Part shown: positions 51,688-64,000 of the stretch, in pieces
Position numbering within the stretch: the first letter of the stretch is position 1
Layout: the number at the start of each line of letters is the position of its first letter
Assembly: GCA_965202585.1 (NCBI GenBank)
Contig: OZ241834.1
Coordinates: forward strand, 744,001 to 808,000
Source of the DNA: Thalia democratica
Lineage: Eukaryota
Reading direction: 5' to 3'
Length of the DNA stretch: 64,000 bases
Program-made: the position numbers and the translations under genes
The notes under the pieces: generated by a model
Told to the model about the DNA's origin: nothing
The model's input: the letters and a program-made list of their open reading frames with translations, nothing else
The model's database searches: none

Positions 51688-52592
51688 CTGTAAAAAAAAA
51701 AATCTTATTATGTTTTACTTGATTAAATTTGTTAATTTTTTTTTCAAATGCTTGAAAGTTAATGCAATTTTAAATTTAGTTAGGTGTTTTATAAATGTAT
51801 AATAATATCTATTTCAGAACGTTAAGAACAGTGCTAGCTGTTGTAATGTTAAAAAGTAAGTTAATAAAAAAAGCAAAGTATTTTTTTCTTATTTCAATTA
51901 TTAAAAATGAGACTTGTAATTTGGTTTTATTGTGCACCAGGTCTTATTATACATGCAACAATATTGTGGTTCAATTAGTATCAGCTGTTGTTAACTAAGT
52001 AGGCTTTTGTTAAAAAATAAAATATACATTTATTATATAGTTTTAGATAAAAAATATGAGTTATCATAAGTTACATAAGTTTATGTGAAAGACTTCTTTG
52101 TTTTAGATATTCGCAGAATTTGTTTTAGGTGCAAAGTTGCAACACCTGCTGCACAAAACGTAACAACTGCATTTATACAAAGTGGCACTCTAAATTTTTC
52201 TATTGTAAAGTGAGTTTATATGTAAAAGCATAAGCTGTAGAAAGCTGTTGTATAAAATATCAAGTTAAAAGTTGTTAAAGCTAAATAAAGTATTAAGTTG
52301 GAATTTAAACTGTCATATGCCGGATATTAAGATCTGGAAACATTAAACTGAGATAAAAACTCAAACACAGTATTTAATTTTCTAAATCACCTATATAAAT
52401 ATTTAAATATGTTTAAATTTCTATATTTATATCTATACTTTAAGTGTAATTCTCTTCAATTTTCTAAAAAATGTACTTATCTTTGTTTTTTGACAAATAT
52501 ATCTTCTAAAATAGTTTTATTAGAAATATAAGTTTAGATTGTGCATTTAATATTTATAAAGTATATGTGATTTAAAGTTAATAACTATAAAA

Positions 52593-53504
52593 GGGGTAGG
52601 TGTTAAATATGCATGAAGAGAAATTTTTGCACGAGGGGTCACTTTTACAGCTTTATTTGACTTTTTTTTTTTTTTTATTTGCAGCCTTTTTTTATATATT
52701 TAATGTTCTTTTTTTTAATGATTATAGCTTTAATTTATTTTTGCTTATGTTTTAATAATTTGAAATAAGTTTATAGTAGAGTATAAATTCTTAAACATAC
52801 TGTTAAAAAGTAAACTTCAATTTTTTTTTTTCACTTTTTTAACTCATATAAAATATTAAATTATTTGCTAAAATTATTGATAAACGAAAAAATTAAAAAC
52901 AATTCAGATAGAAACTTTTCCTTTTGATGTAGAGTTCAATATATATTTTATGTGTATATAATGTTAGGTATATGTGTGTATAAAACTAATTTTAGTTTTT
53001 TGATACTAAAAAAAATAATGTTGTAAAATTTAATAGTTTCATTTTTTATAAAGTTTTTCATTTTAAAGTTTAAATTTTGACCGTTAGATTTTTTTTCTTT
53101 TTTTTTCATTGGAGCTCATTATAATTTCGATTAAATTGGGTATGCAACTCGATGACCGAGAGGTCTTTTTGCGTATCTAGGTCCTTAAACTAAAACAGTT
53201 TGAGCAGTTTTTCGTTTTTGTTCAATTAACCATTAAACGTAGACACTTTTGCACGGGTAAAATTAATCTTGTTTATTTTTATTTTCTTTTTTTTTACCTT
53301 GACTGTTATTCTTAAACCTTTCCATGTCTGTAACGTTTTTCAAATTTATTATTTATTTTTTAACTATTACTTTCACCCCTAACCCTTACCCTTGGTTAGT
53401 TACTTTTATATTATTTTGTGTTATTTTTAATTTTTATCTTTTTTTATGTGCAAAAATTACTCTTCGTGCAAAAGTGTCTTCGTGCATATTTGACTCGTCT
53501 ACCG
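52593..53504. mobile_element. Degenerate TIR element (MITE/foldback-like)
   Basis: Left GGGTAGGTGTTAAATATGCATGAAGA vs right TCTTCGTGCATATTTGACTCGTCTACCG, with internal TTTTGCACG repeats. No clear TSD. Confidence 0.6.
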
Positions 53505-53938
53505 TTAAACTTTCGAAATTTCTAGAATAAATTAAACTTTCGAAATTTATTTTACCTCTTTATGCCTTGTTTATACATTTACAACCATTTTTAGAAAACC
53601 CTAAAACTATTATCTATAAACTACCATTAACTGTTTTATCAGAGTCTGCAATACCCCTTAAAAAAGAAGAAAAAAATTACTTAAAACCTTGTTTGACCAA
53701 ATCTTTTAAACATACTGATTTGGTTTTGCATCGTTGCTAAATGTTTAAATACAAAATAAAGAACTTAAAAGATATATACATAAAAAGTATTATATAATAC
53801 CATACATAGTTTTGTTGTTGCTGGAAATCTCTTTGAAATCAGCTAAAAAATGTTATTTAACATTTAATAGTGATTTTTTAATGAATTTATGTTTTCTAGG
53901 AATGTAAATAGAATTTTTTTACTTATATGCATTTACAG

Positions 53939-54038
53939 ATTGATAATCAATGAACTTCACAGCAAGATTAAAAACAATAGCATCCGAGACAAACTACGAC
54001 TGGTTTTGTCCAAATTAGGACTTATCAGGCAGGCATAG
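53939..54038 (+). CDS. Putative terminal coding exon, product unknown
   Basis: TTTACAG acceptor, then LIINELHSKIKNNSIRDKLRLVLSKLGLIRQA*. No upstream exon identified. Confidence 0.4.
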
Positions 54039-55364
54039 TCGCGTGAAACCGCTGTTGAGGTCTAACCAAGCGGGCTGAAGTACGAAGTTATGAAATTGTT
54101 TACATTTTTGAATTGAAAATGTTCGTCAGCCTTTTATGATTCACAACTAGTAATTTTTAATTAATTGTAGCCTAGTTGTAAGTTTTTATTAGATTTAAAT
54201 TTGTTAAAATCTAAGTATGTCATAAAATACCTAACGGGCATTTTTGACTCGTCAGCTTTGCTAACTCCTTTGCTAAAACAAGTTAATAAAATAATTGCTC
54301 TAGAAACTACAACTTTACTTCAGACTTATAGTCATTTGGTTTCAAAAACGGAATATTGACGAAGCAAAAGTGACAAGAAAAATAATCTTCTCAAAACTAA
54401 ATTTAATATGAAAAATAAGTGTTTATTTTATGTACTGTTAGTTCAGAACTAATTAAAAAAACGCTTGTTTCTTTATACTATATTAGTATTTATTTTTATA
54501 TTTATTTTTTATTTAGCTTAATATTGTTTGTTGCTTATTATTTTATTTAGCTTATTACTAAAGTTTGCGTTGAAAATCGACTGTAAACTTTATTTAAATA
54601 CATTTTTAACAAGTAATTATCTTGCTTAAGGTCGCTAATACTGTTTGAACAACATGAAACAAGTAAGAGCTGTTTTATTATTAAAAAGTTACAAACCAAG
54701 ATATTGCATGAAAAAATTTGAAATCAATAAATAAATGATTTTCTTTAATAAGTAGCCACAATAGGTGTTCACAATATGATGTAAAGTTTAAAGTTTAACA
54801 AACAACATTTTAAACATGAAAGCTTTGTTTATCTATTTTACGATTTTTTTTGTAAAATACTAAATGTAATACTGTGTCTTAATACTAGATTAAAAGATAA
54901 AGCTAGTTTATAAAAAGTTTTATTATTTAGTTTTTAATAAATAGTTGAACGAGAAATTGCGTAAACTTTTACATTATAACTTTGCCATAACTATACCAAT
55001 TCAAAGAATTTATGTAAGTTTGGACTATGTAAATTCTTTAATATATGAAAAAAATAATTTATGACATTGGTAAAAGTTTCAAGTTGTATCTTAAAAATTA
55101 TTATATTACGAAGAAAATTGTAAAAAACATCCAAAGCATTCAATGAATAATCTTATAAGTTGGGTATTGCTTGTTTTTGATTAAAATTTTGGTTTGAATT
55201 TTTTCAAAAATTTTTAGTAAGGACAGTAAAAGTTATGTCTATACTAATTCAAAAAAACTATGTTTTGTGTTACTGCTCAGCTAATAAAAATAAAGCTTCA
55301 CTTAAAATTTATTAAGTGTGATACTTTTAAATAAACCTTGTTAAAATGTATTGTAAAATTTCAA

Positions 55365-55858
55365 AAATTTAATGTCGAAATTATATGTTTTGTTTTATTG
55401 CATATTTGAATTGTAACAATCAATACTGACATTGTAAATATAAACATTTCTTAAACTGTAAATGTTTATAAACTGCAGCACACTTGATACAGGCTTTTAT
55501 CTCAACAAAAAATAATTATGAACACTAAGCTCAGGTATTTGTAGTAAATAAGTGTGTGGTCAAATGTAAATTAGTAAAATGGTTGTATGTTTAAAAGTTT
55601 ATATTGAATGTGAGCTAAAGCAGGGTAAACAAAAGAAATTTAATGTCGAAATTATATGTTTTGTTTTATTGCATATTTGAATTGTAATAATCAATACTGA
55701 CATTGTAAATATAAACTTTTATCTCAACAAAAAATAATTATGAACACTAAGTTTAGGTAGTTGTAGTAAATAAGTGTGTGGTCAAATGTAAATTAGTAAA
55801 ATAGTTGTATGTTTAAAAGTTTATATTGAATGTGAGCTAAAGCAGGGTAAACAAAAGA
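55365..55858. repeat. Direct tandem duplication (271-bp unit, second copy internally deleted)
   Basis: AAATTTAATGTCGAAATTATATG starts at ~55,365 and ~55,636; both copies end GCAGGGTAAACAAAAGAA. Confidence 0.9.
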
Positions 55859-55969
55859 AGACGATATCGATAAGTTTAAATGTATCTTGTACAATTGTAA
55901 GCATATTTCTCAAAATATTTTAAAGAAATTTTGGCAATAAATAGGCGATAAACGTTTAATCAGTTTAAA

Positions 55970-58900
55970 AAAGATACAAAGTATTACTTAATCAGTTTTA
56001 TTCAAAATACTTACATATTTCTTGAGATAAATTAACGTTTGAACTCATATCTCCTTAATGCAATTTTTTGGTCGATCAAAAGATACAATTGTTAAACTGA
56101 AACTCTTAGAAACATTTTTAAATACTTCGTAACTCTTTGCGACCAAACACAGGTTAGCGGCTAAAGTAACTAATTCTTAGAAATTAAAACTTACAATCTG
56201 TTTTAATGAAGTTTTAATGAAAAAATTTAAAGTTGAAGATACTTACAATTTTTTGGAGTTGGCTTTACATTTGTACTCATATCTCCTGAATGCGACTTTT
56301 CACGGTCGATCCAAAAATATCATTAGAAAGGTAAAACTCTTAGAAACATTTTAAGATAGTTCTTAGTTCTTTTTCGCTATACAGGGTTAAACGGCAAGAG
56401 TAAACATTTCTTACAAATTAAAACTTACAAATTGTTTTAACGAAGTTTTAAGATCATACTTAATAGTACAAAGTACTTACAATTTTCTTAAAACAACTTT
56501 AACTGTGTACTCATATATCCTAAATGCAACTTTTCTCGGTCGATTCAAAGATACCTTTAGGAAGCTAAAACTCTTCAGAACATTTTAAGATATTTTCAGC
56601 TCTATGCGATCAAACACGGGTAAACGGGAGGAGTAAAAATTTCTCACCAATTAAAACTTACTAACTCTTTTAATGAAGTAAGAATTAAAACTTACAAATT
56701 TCATGAGATGACCTTAAATTTGTACTTAATATCTCCTGAATGCAACTCATCTTTATCGATCGAAAGATACCATGAGAAAGCTAAAACTCTCAGAATAATT
56801 TTAAGACATTACATCGCTTTTTAAAATTAAACATGGGTAAACCGCAAGAGTAGCTACTTCTTACAAACTATTATAACAAAGTTTTAAAAAACATACTTAA
56901 ATTTCAAACTCCTTAAGATGGCATTACGTTTGTACTCATATTTCCGAAAAGCAAATTTTCTCGATAAATTAAAAGATACCATTGAAAGCTGATTCTCTTA
57001 AAATAGTTTTTAAAAAAGTAAAAAGTTCTCTGCGACCAAATAGAGTTAAACGGCAGGAGTAAAAATTTCTTACAAATTAAAACTTACAAATTGTTTTAAC
57101 GATGTTTTAAGATCATATTTAAAAGTACAAAGTACTTACAATTTTCTTGAGATGACTTTAACTGTGTACTCAAGTATCTTGAATGCAATTTTTCTCGGTC
57201 GATCCGAAAGTACCATGAGAAAGGTGAAACTCTAAGGAACATTTTAAGAAGTTTCTTAGCTATGTGCGACCAAACACGGGTAAAGGGCGAGAGTAAAAAT
57301 TTATTACCAATTGAAAGTTAGAAAATCTTTTAATGAAGTTTATAAAATCAAACTTTATAGTTTTAAGTACTTACAACTTTCTTGAGATGACTCTACCTTT
57401 TTACTCATATATTCTGAATGCGACTTTTTTTGGTCGATCGAAAGATACCATGAGAAAGCTGAAACTCTCAGAATAGTTTTAAAAGATTATATCGTTTTTC
57501 TAGATAAAAAACAGGTAAACCGTAGTAGTAAAGCGGTAGTAATAAATCTTACAAACTAAACCTTACAAACTGTTTTAATAAAGTTTTTAGAATCATACTT
57601 AAAGTTCAAAGTAATTACGAAATCCTTAAGATAACATTACGTTTGTTCTTATATTTCCAAAATGCAAATTTTCTCGATAAATCATAAGATACCAATAAGG
57701 TTGAAAATCTTAAAAAAATTTTAAGAAGTTTCATAGCTTTGTGCGACAAAACACCAGTAAACAGCGGGAGCAAACATTTCTTACCAATTGAAAGTTACAG
57801 ACTGTTTTAATTAGGTTTTGAAAATCAAACTTAACAGTTCAAAGTACTTACGGTTTTATTGAGGTAACTCTCGTTTGTACTCATATCTCCTAAATTCGAC
57901 TTTTCTGGGTCGATCCAAAAATATCATTAGAAAGATAAAACTCTTAGGAACATTTTAAGATATTTTCAGCTCTGTGCGATCGAACACGGTTAAACGGCGG
58001 GAGTATAACGTTTTTACCAATTGAAAGTTACAGACTGTTTTAATGAAGTTTTAAATATCAAAATTACCAGTTCAAAATACTAACAATGTTCATGAGATGA
58101 CTTTATGTTTGTACTCATATCTCCTAAATGCGACTCTGCTTAGTCGATCTAAAGATACTTTTAGAAAACTAAAACTCACAGAAAAATTTTAAGAGATTTC
58201 TTAGGTCTGTGGGACCAGACATGGGTAAACGGCGGGGGTATAAATTTCTTACAAATTAAAACTTACAAACTGTTTTAACGAAGTTTTAAGATCATATTTA
58301 AAAGTACAAAGTACTTACAATTTTTTTAAGATGACTTTAACTGTTTACTCAAGTATCTTGAGTGCAATTTTTCTCGGTCGATCCAAAGATACTGTGAGAA
58401 AGCTGAAACTCGTATGACCATTTTAAGATATTTTCAGCTCTATGCAACCAAACACGGGTAAACGGCGAGAGTAAAAATGTCTTACCTATTGAAAGTTACA
58501 AATTGGTTTAATGAAGTTTTGAAAAGCAAACTTAACAGTTCAAAGTACTTACGATTTACTAGAGATGACTTTATGCTTGTACTCAGATCTTCTAAATGCA
58601 ACTTTTCTCGGCCGATCCAAAGATACCATTAAAAAGCTAAAACTCTTAGAAACATTTTAAGATATTTTCAGCTCTATGCGATCAACCACGGAAAAACGGC
58701 GGGAGTAAAAATGTCTTACCAATCGAAAGTTACAAATTGTTTTAATGAAGTTTTGAAAAACAAACTCTTTAGTTCAAAATATTTACAATTTTCTTCAGAT
58801 GACTTCACGTTTATACTCATATCTTCTAAATATAATTTTTCTTGGTCGATCCAAAGATACCATGAGAAAGCTGAAACTCTTAGAATAGTTTTAAAAGATT

Positions 58901-61900
58901 ACATTGATTTTTAAGACTAAACACGAATAAACCGCGGGAGTAACTACTTCTTACAATCTAAAGCTTACAAAATGTTTTAATAAAGTTTTAAAAATAGTAC
59001 TTTAAGTTCAAAGTACTTACGATTTTATTGAGGTAACTCTCGTTTGTACTCATATCTCCTAAATTTGACTTTTCTAGGTCGATCCATGAATATAGTTAGA
59101 AAGATAAATCTCTCAGAAATATTTAAAGATATTTCTCATCTCTGTACAACCAAACACGGGTAAACCGCGGGAGAAACACTTCTTAAAAATTAAACCTTAC
59201 AAACTGTTTTAATAAAGTTTTGAAAATCAAAATTACCAGTTGATAGTACTAAGAATTTTCTTAAGTTAACTCTCATTTGTACTCATATATCTTGAACGCA
59301 ACTTTTCTCAGTCGATCTAAAGATAGCATAACAAGGCTGAAACTCTTACAAAAGTTTTAAGAAGTTTTATAGCTCTGTGTGACTAAACACGGATAAACGG
59401 CGGGAGCAAAAAAAAATTTTCACCATTTTGAAGCTTACAAACTGTAAAAATTAAGTTTTGAAAATCATATTAACAGTTCAAAGTACTTACAACTTTCTTG
59501 AATTAACTTTTTTTGTACTCATTTCATCTTAGTTCGACTTTTCTCGGTCAATACAAAGATACCGTGAGATAGCTAAAACTCTCAGGAACATTTTAAGAAG
59601 TTTCTTAGCTCTGTGCGACCAAACACGGGTACACGGCTGGAAATTTTTTTTTTACCAATTGAAAGTTATTAATTGTTTAATGAAGTTTTGAAAATCAAAC
59701 TTTACAGTTCAAAGTATTACGATTTTCTTGAGATGACTTTATGTTTGTACTGATATTACGTAAACGCGATTTTTTTCAGTTGATCAAAAGATATCATTAG
59801 AAAGCTAAAACTCTTAAGAACTAAATTATTTCTTAGCTCTGTGCAAACAAACACGTGTAAACGGCTCGAGTAAAATTTTCTTATCAAATAACAATTGGTT
59901 TTAATGAAGTTTGGAAAAACAAACTTAAGAGTTCAAAGTACTCACAACTTTCTTAAGATGACTTTACGTTTGTACTCATTTCTCCTAAATGCGATTTTTC
60001 TTGGTTGATTTAAAGATACCATTAAAAAGCTGAAAATCTTATGAAATTTTTAACATATTTTATAGCTCTGTGCAACAAAACACAAGTAAACACCGGAGTG
60101 AAAATTTCTCTTAAGTTAAAACTTACGAACTGGCTTAGTAAAGTTTTTAAAATTAAATTAACAGTTTAAAGTACTTAAAACTTTCTGGAGATTACTTTAT
60201 GATTGTACTGATATCACGTAAATGCGACTTTTCCTTGTCGATTCAAAGATATCATTAGAAAGCTGAATCTCTAAAAAAAAATTAAGCTATTTCTTAGCTC
60301 AGTGCAACCGAACACGAGTAATCGGCTGGTAATTATTTTAAATTAAACTGTTTTATTGAAATTTTGAAATCCAAACTTAAAAGTTCAAGGTATTCACAAC
60401 TTTCTTAAGATGACTTTACGTTTATACTTAGATCTCCTTAATGCAATTTTTCTCGGTCGACCTTAAAATACCATTAAAAAGCTTAAACTCATTTTAAATA
60501 TTTGCTAGCTTTGTGCAACGAAACACGGGTAAACGGCAAGAGTAAATATTTTTACCAGTTAAAACTTACAATCTAATTTATTGATATTTACAAATACAAA
60601 CTTAACAGTTCAAAGTACGTACAACTTTCTTGAGATAAATTTATGTTTCTACTGATATCACGAAAATGCGACTTTTCTCAGTTGATCAAAAGATATCATT
60701 AATAGCTGAAACTCTAAGGAGAATTTAAAGAGATTACTTAGCTTTGTGCGACCAAAACACGGGTAGACGGTGGGAGTAGAAATTTCATTCCGATCGAAAC
60801 TTACAAACTGTTTTAGTGAGGTTTTGACAACTAAATTAACAGTTCAAAATGCATTCAATTTTTTTGACATTTCTTTACGTTTGTAATGATATCTCCCCCT
60901 GAAGACTATTCTCGGTCGATCCAAAGATACCATTAGTAAGATAAAATTTTTAGGAACATTTTATTGAATTTCTTAGCTCTGTGCAACCACACAAGGCGAA
61001 CGACAGGTGAAATTTTTTTTTTTAATTGAAACTTAAAAATTGTTTTAATGAAGTATTGAAAATCAATTTAAAAGTTCAAACTACTTTCTTTTTTTTTGAG
61101 ATTACTTTCGTTTGTACTCATATCACTTGTAAGCGACTATTATCGGTATAACTAAAAATACCACTAAAAAGATAAAACTCTTATGAACATTCTATCATAT
61201 TTCATAGCTCTTTGCAAGTAAACACGGATAATCGCAAGTTGTGAAATTAAACAGAAGTGAAATTTCTCAAAAAAATTAAACTTTTAAACTGTTTAAATGA
61301 AGTTTTGAAAACCGATATAGAAAGTTCAAAGTACCTACCGTTTTTTAAATAAGTCTTTACATTTTTACACATATCCTGTAGACTCGTTTGTCGGTCGATC
61401 AAAAGATACGACTCATAAGCTGAAAGTTCATTAAATTTTTTTATCTTCGTGCGACAAAACACGGGCAAAAGGCGGAGCAGAAATTTCATACCGATTAAAA
61501 CTTAGAAACTGTTTTAATAAAGTTTTGACAATATGTAATTAATATCTAGTAATGTACCGGACTCACTATCCGGGTCCGTATCCGGCCGGATATTGCCATC
61601 TTTGTCTGATATCCGGATCCGGCCGGATCTTGATATGAAAAAAAAGTCCGGATCTGGTTCCGGCCGGATTCTAATTTGTTAAAAAAAGTCCGGATCCGAG
61701 TCCGGCCTGATTCTAATCTGAAAAAAAAGTCCGGATCCGGTTCCGGTCGGATCCTAACAGAGATTCGGCTGATTCGGATCTAGTTAGTAAAAAAGAGCAT
61801 ACAGAAAAGTATTTTTTCAAAAACAAACGCTTTGTAAATTAAAAAGAGTCATTTTCGTCAGTTAAAATTAAACATCTACCGTGATTTGCTCATTTTGAAC

Positions 61901-64000
61901 TCGTGACTAATTTACATTTATTTACATTTAAACTATGAAATAAACATTTTAGAAATGCAACTCTTTACCTATGTTATAAAATTTAAAACTTTACTCCCAA
62001 ATTGTTAAGCTAGTTTAAAGATTTTTTAAAAAACTCAGGCTAGTTTTCTTTTGTGATTTTCTAGTTAATTTTATTTAAGAACTTGATATTAATTGGTTTT
62101 AGATTGGTAAGGCTATAGGGGGGTCCTCCTTGATTTTTACAAGTTGATCTTATTTAATAAATTTTAATCTTAGCTACCAGATATTGTTTCTGTGACGTAC
62201 TTTATCTTTCTATCAATTTTCTTTTAGTAAATTTAAAGTTGTTCTTAGTTTTTTTTTAACTTTTATAGAAATGAAATTTTGTAACTACAAATGTAAGCTC
62301 TACTTTTTATGTGAAAACTAGTGATGTAACGGACTCACTATAAGAGTCCGGATCCGGCGGGATATTGTCATTTTTGTCTAATATCCGGATCCGGCCGGAT
62401 TTTGATATGTAAAAAAAGTCCGGATCCGGGTCCGGCCGGACCCGAAATTGTGAGTCCGGAACAACACTATTAATATCTAAAATTCAATTATCTTGAAATT
62501 ACTTTTGTTTGCTTATATCACGTGAGCTTAACTATTCTCAGTTGATCCAAAAATATCAATTGAAAGCTGAATAAGAAACAATTAAGGTTATTTCTAAGGT
62601 ATGTGCAACCAAACACGGGTAATCGGCGGGATTAAAATTTTGTACCAATTGAAAATTATAAACTATTATTATGAATTTTATAAAATCAAGTTAAGAATTC
62701 AAAGTACTAACAATATCCTTGAGATACATTTACGTTTTTACTCATACCTCCTGAAGGCGAGTTTCTCGGTCAATAAAGTTATACTGTTAGAAAGCTGAAA
62801 CCTTTAGAAACATTTGGAGATATTTCTTAGCTATGAGCGACCAACCATGGGTAAACAGCGGGAGTAAAAATTTCGTACCAATTGAAACTTATAAACTATT
62901 TTAATTAAGTTTATAAAAAGAAACTAACAGTTCAAAGTACTAACAATTTTATTGAGATGCATTTACGTTTTTACTCATATCTCCTGAAGGCGAGTTTCTC
63001 GGTCAATAAAGTTATACTGTTAGAAAGCTGAAACCTTTAGAAACATTTTGAAATATTTCTTAGCTATGAGCGACCGACCATGGGTAAACGGCGGGAGTAA
63101 AAATTTCGTACCAATTGATAATTATAAATTATTTTAATGAAGTTTATTAAAACAAATTAACAGTTCAAAGCACTAAGAATTTTCTTGAGATGCATTTACA
63201 TTTTTACTCATATCTCCTAAATGTGAATTTCTCGGTCAATGGAAATATACTGTTAGAAAGCTGAAACGTTTAGAAACATTTTGAAATATTTTTTAGCTAT
63301 GAGAAATCAAACACGGGTAAACGGCGAAGGTAAAAATTTCGTACCAATTGTAGCTTATAAACTATTTTAATGAGGTTTATAAAATCAAATTAAAAATTCA
63401 AAGTACTTACAATTTTCTTGAGACGCATTTACATTTTTACTCATATCTCCTGAATGCGTATTTCTCGATCAATGAAATTATACTGTTAGAAAGCTGAAAC
63501 CTTTAGAAACATTTTTAAATATTTCTTAGCTGTGAGCGACCAATAATGGGTAAACGGCGGTAGTAAATATTTCGATCAAGTGAAGCTTATAAACTATTTC
63601 CATGAAGTATATAAAAACAAATTAAAATTTCAAATTACTTACAATTTTCTTAAGATGCATTTACATTTTTCTAATATCTCCTGAATGCGAATTTCTCGCT
63701 TAATAAAAATATACTGTTAGAAAGCTGAAACGTTTAGTATTATTTTGAGATACTTCTTAGCTATGAGCGACCAAACACGGATAAACGGCGGGAGTAAAAA
63801 TTTCGTACCAATTGAAGATTATAAACTATTATTATGAAGTTTACAAAATCAAATTAACATTTCAAAGTACTTATAAATTTCTTGAGATGCATTTACGTTT
63901 TTACTCATATGTCTTGAATCCGAATTTCTCAGTCAATGAAAATATACTGTTAGAAAGCTGAAACCTTTAAAAACATTTTAAGAGATTTCTTAGCTATGAG
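55970..64000. repeat. ~233-bp diverged satellite array, open at the window end
   Basis: Recurrent TCTTGAGATG..TTTACGTTTGTACTCATATCTCC...CGGTCGATC.AAAGATA...AAACACGGGTAAACGGCGGGAG. The exact period is 233 bp in the last part (CTCATA at 62,741, 62,974, 63,207, 63,440) and varies with indels earlier. Confidence 0.95.
61547..62469. mobile_element. Non-autonomous hAT-like element (composite), copy 3, inserted in the 233-bp satellite
   Basis: TIRs TAGTAATGTACCGGA / TCCGGAACAACACTA, perfect 8-bp TSD TTAATATC (61,539-61,546 / 62,470-62,477), second left end at 62,319, Kolobok-like end fragment near 62,108. Confidence 0.9.

Noticed and set aside
55365-55858. 271-bp duplication matching the period of the first satellite
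   Set aside because: It shows no sequence similarity to the satellite monomer, so the equal length is treated as coincidence.
26293-62798. Remaining short ORFs (60-111 aa) in the AT-rich regions
   Set aside because: Their F/I/L/K/N-rich composition is typical of random AT-rich DNA, many start with TTG/GTG, and they have no motif support.
55970-64000. CENP-B-box-like motif (TGCGACCAAACACGGG) in the 233-bp satellite
   Set aside because: It does not fit TTCGnnnnAnnCGGG in sequence or spacing.

Overview
Very AT-rich eukaryotic DNA, probably from an invertebrate animal (inferred from spliceosomal GT-AG exons, satellites and DNA transposons). It looks like heterochromatin and contains no prokaryotic operon or CRISPR. 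Two tandem arrays bracket the window: a homogeneous 271-bp satellite (1-~14,990) and a more diverged ~233-bp satellite (~55,970-end). Between them lie: a 5'-truncated, frameshifted R2-like non-LTR retrotransposon with no rDNA flanks; a tandemly duplicated, decayed UBXN1/SAKS1-like gene whose introns hold four conserved ~210-nt copies of a three-hairpin H/ACA-type RNA; an RPS10 pseudogene; two inverted minimal hammerhead ribozyme motifs; a tRNA-derived SINE-like family; several hAT-like and Kolobok-like non-autonomous elements; and a 3.6-kb near-perfect palindromic foldback element nested in an older foldback. Almost all ORFs in the supplied track are satellite or AT-rich artefacts. Everything was read by eye, so family assignments need HMM/covariance-model confirmation and boundaries are approximate unless a TSD or splice site fixes them.
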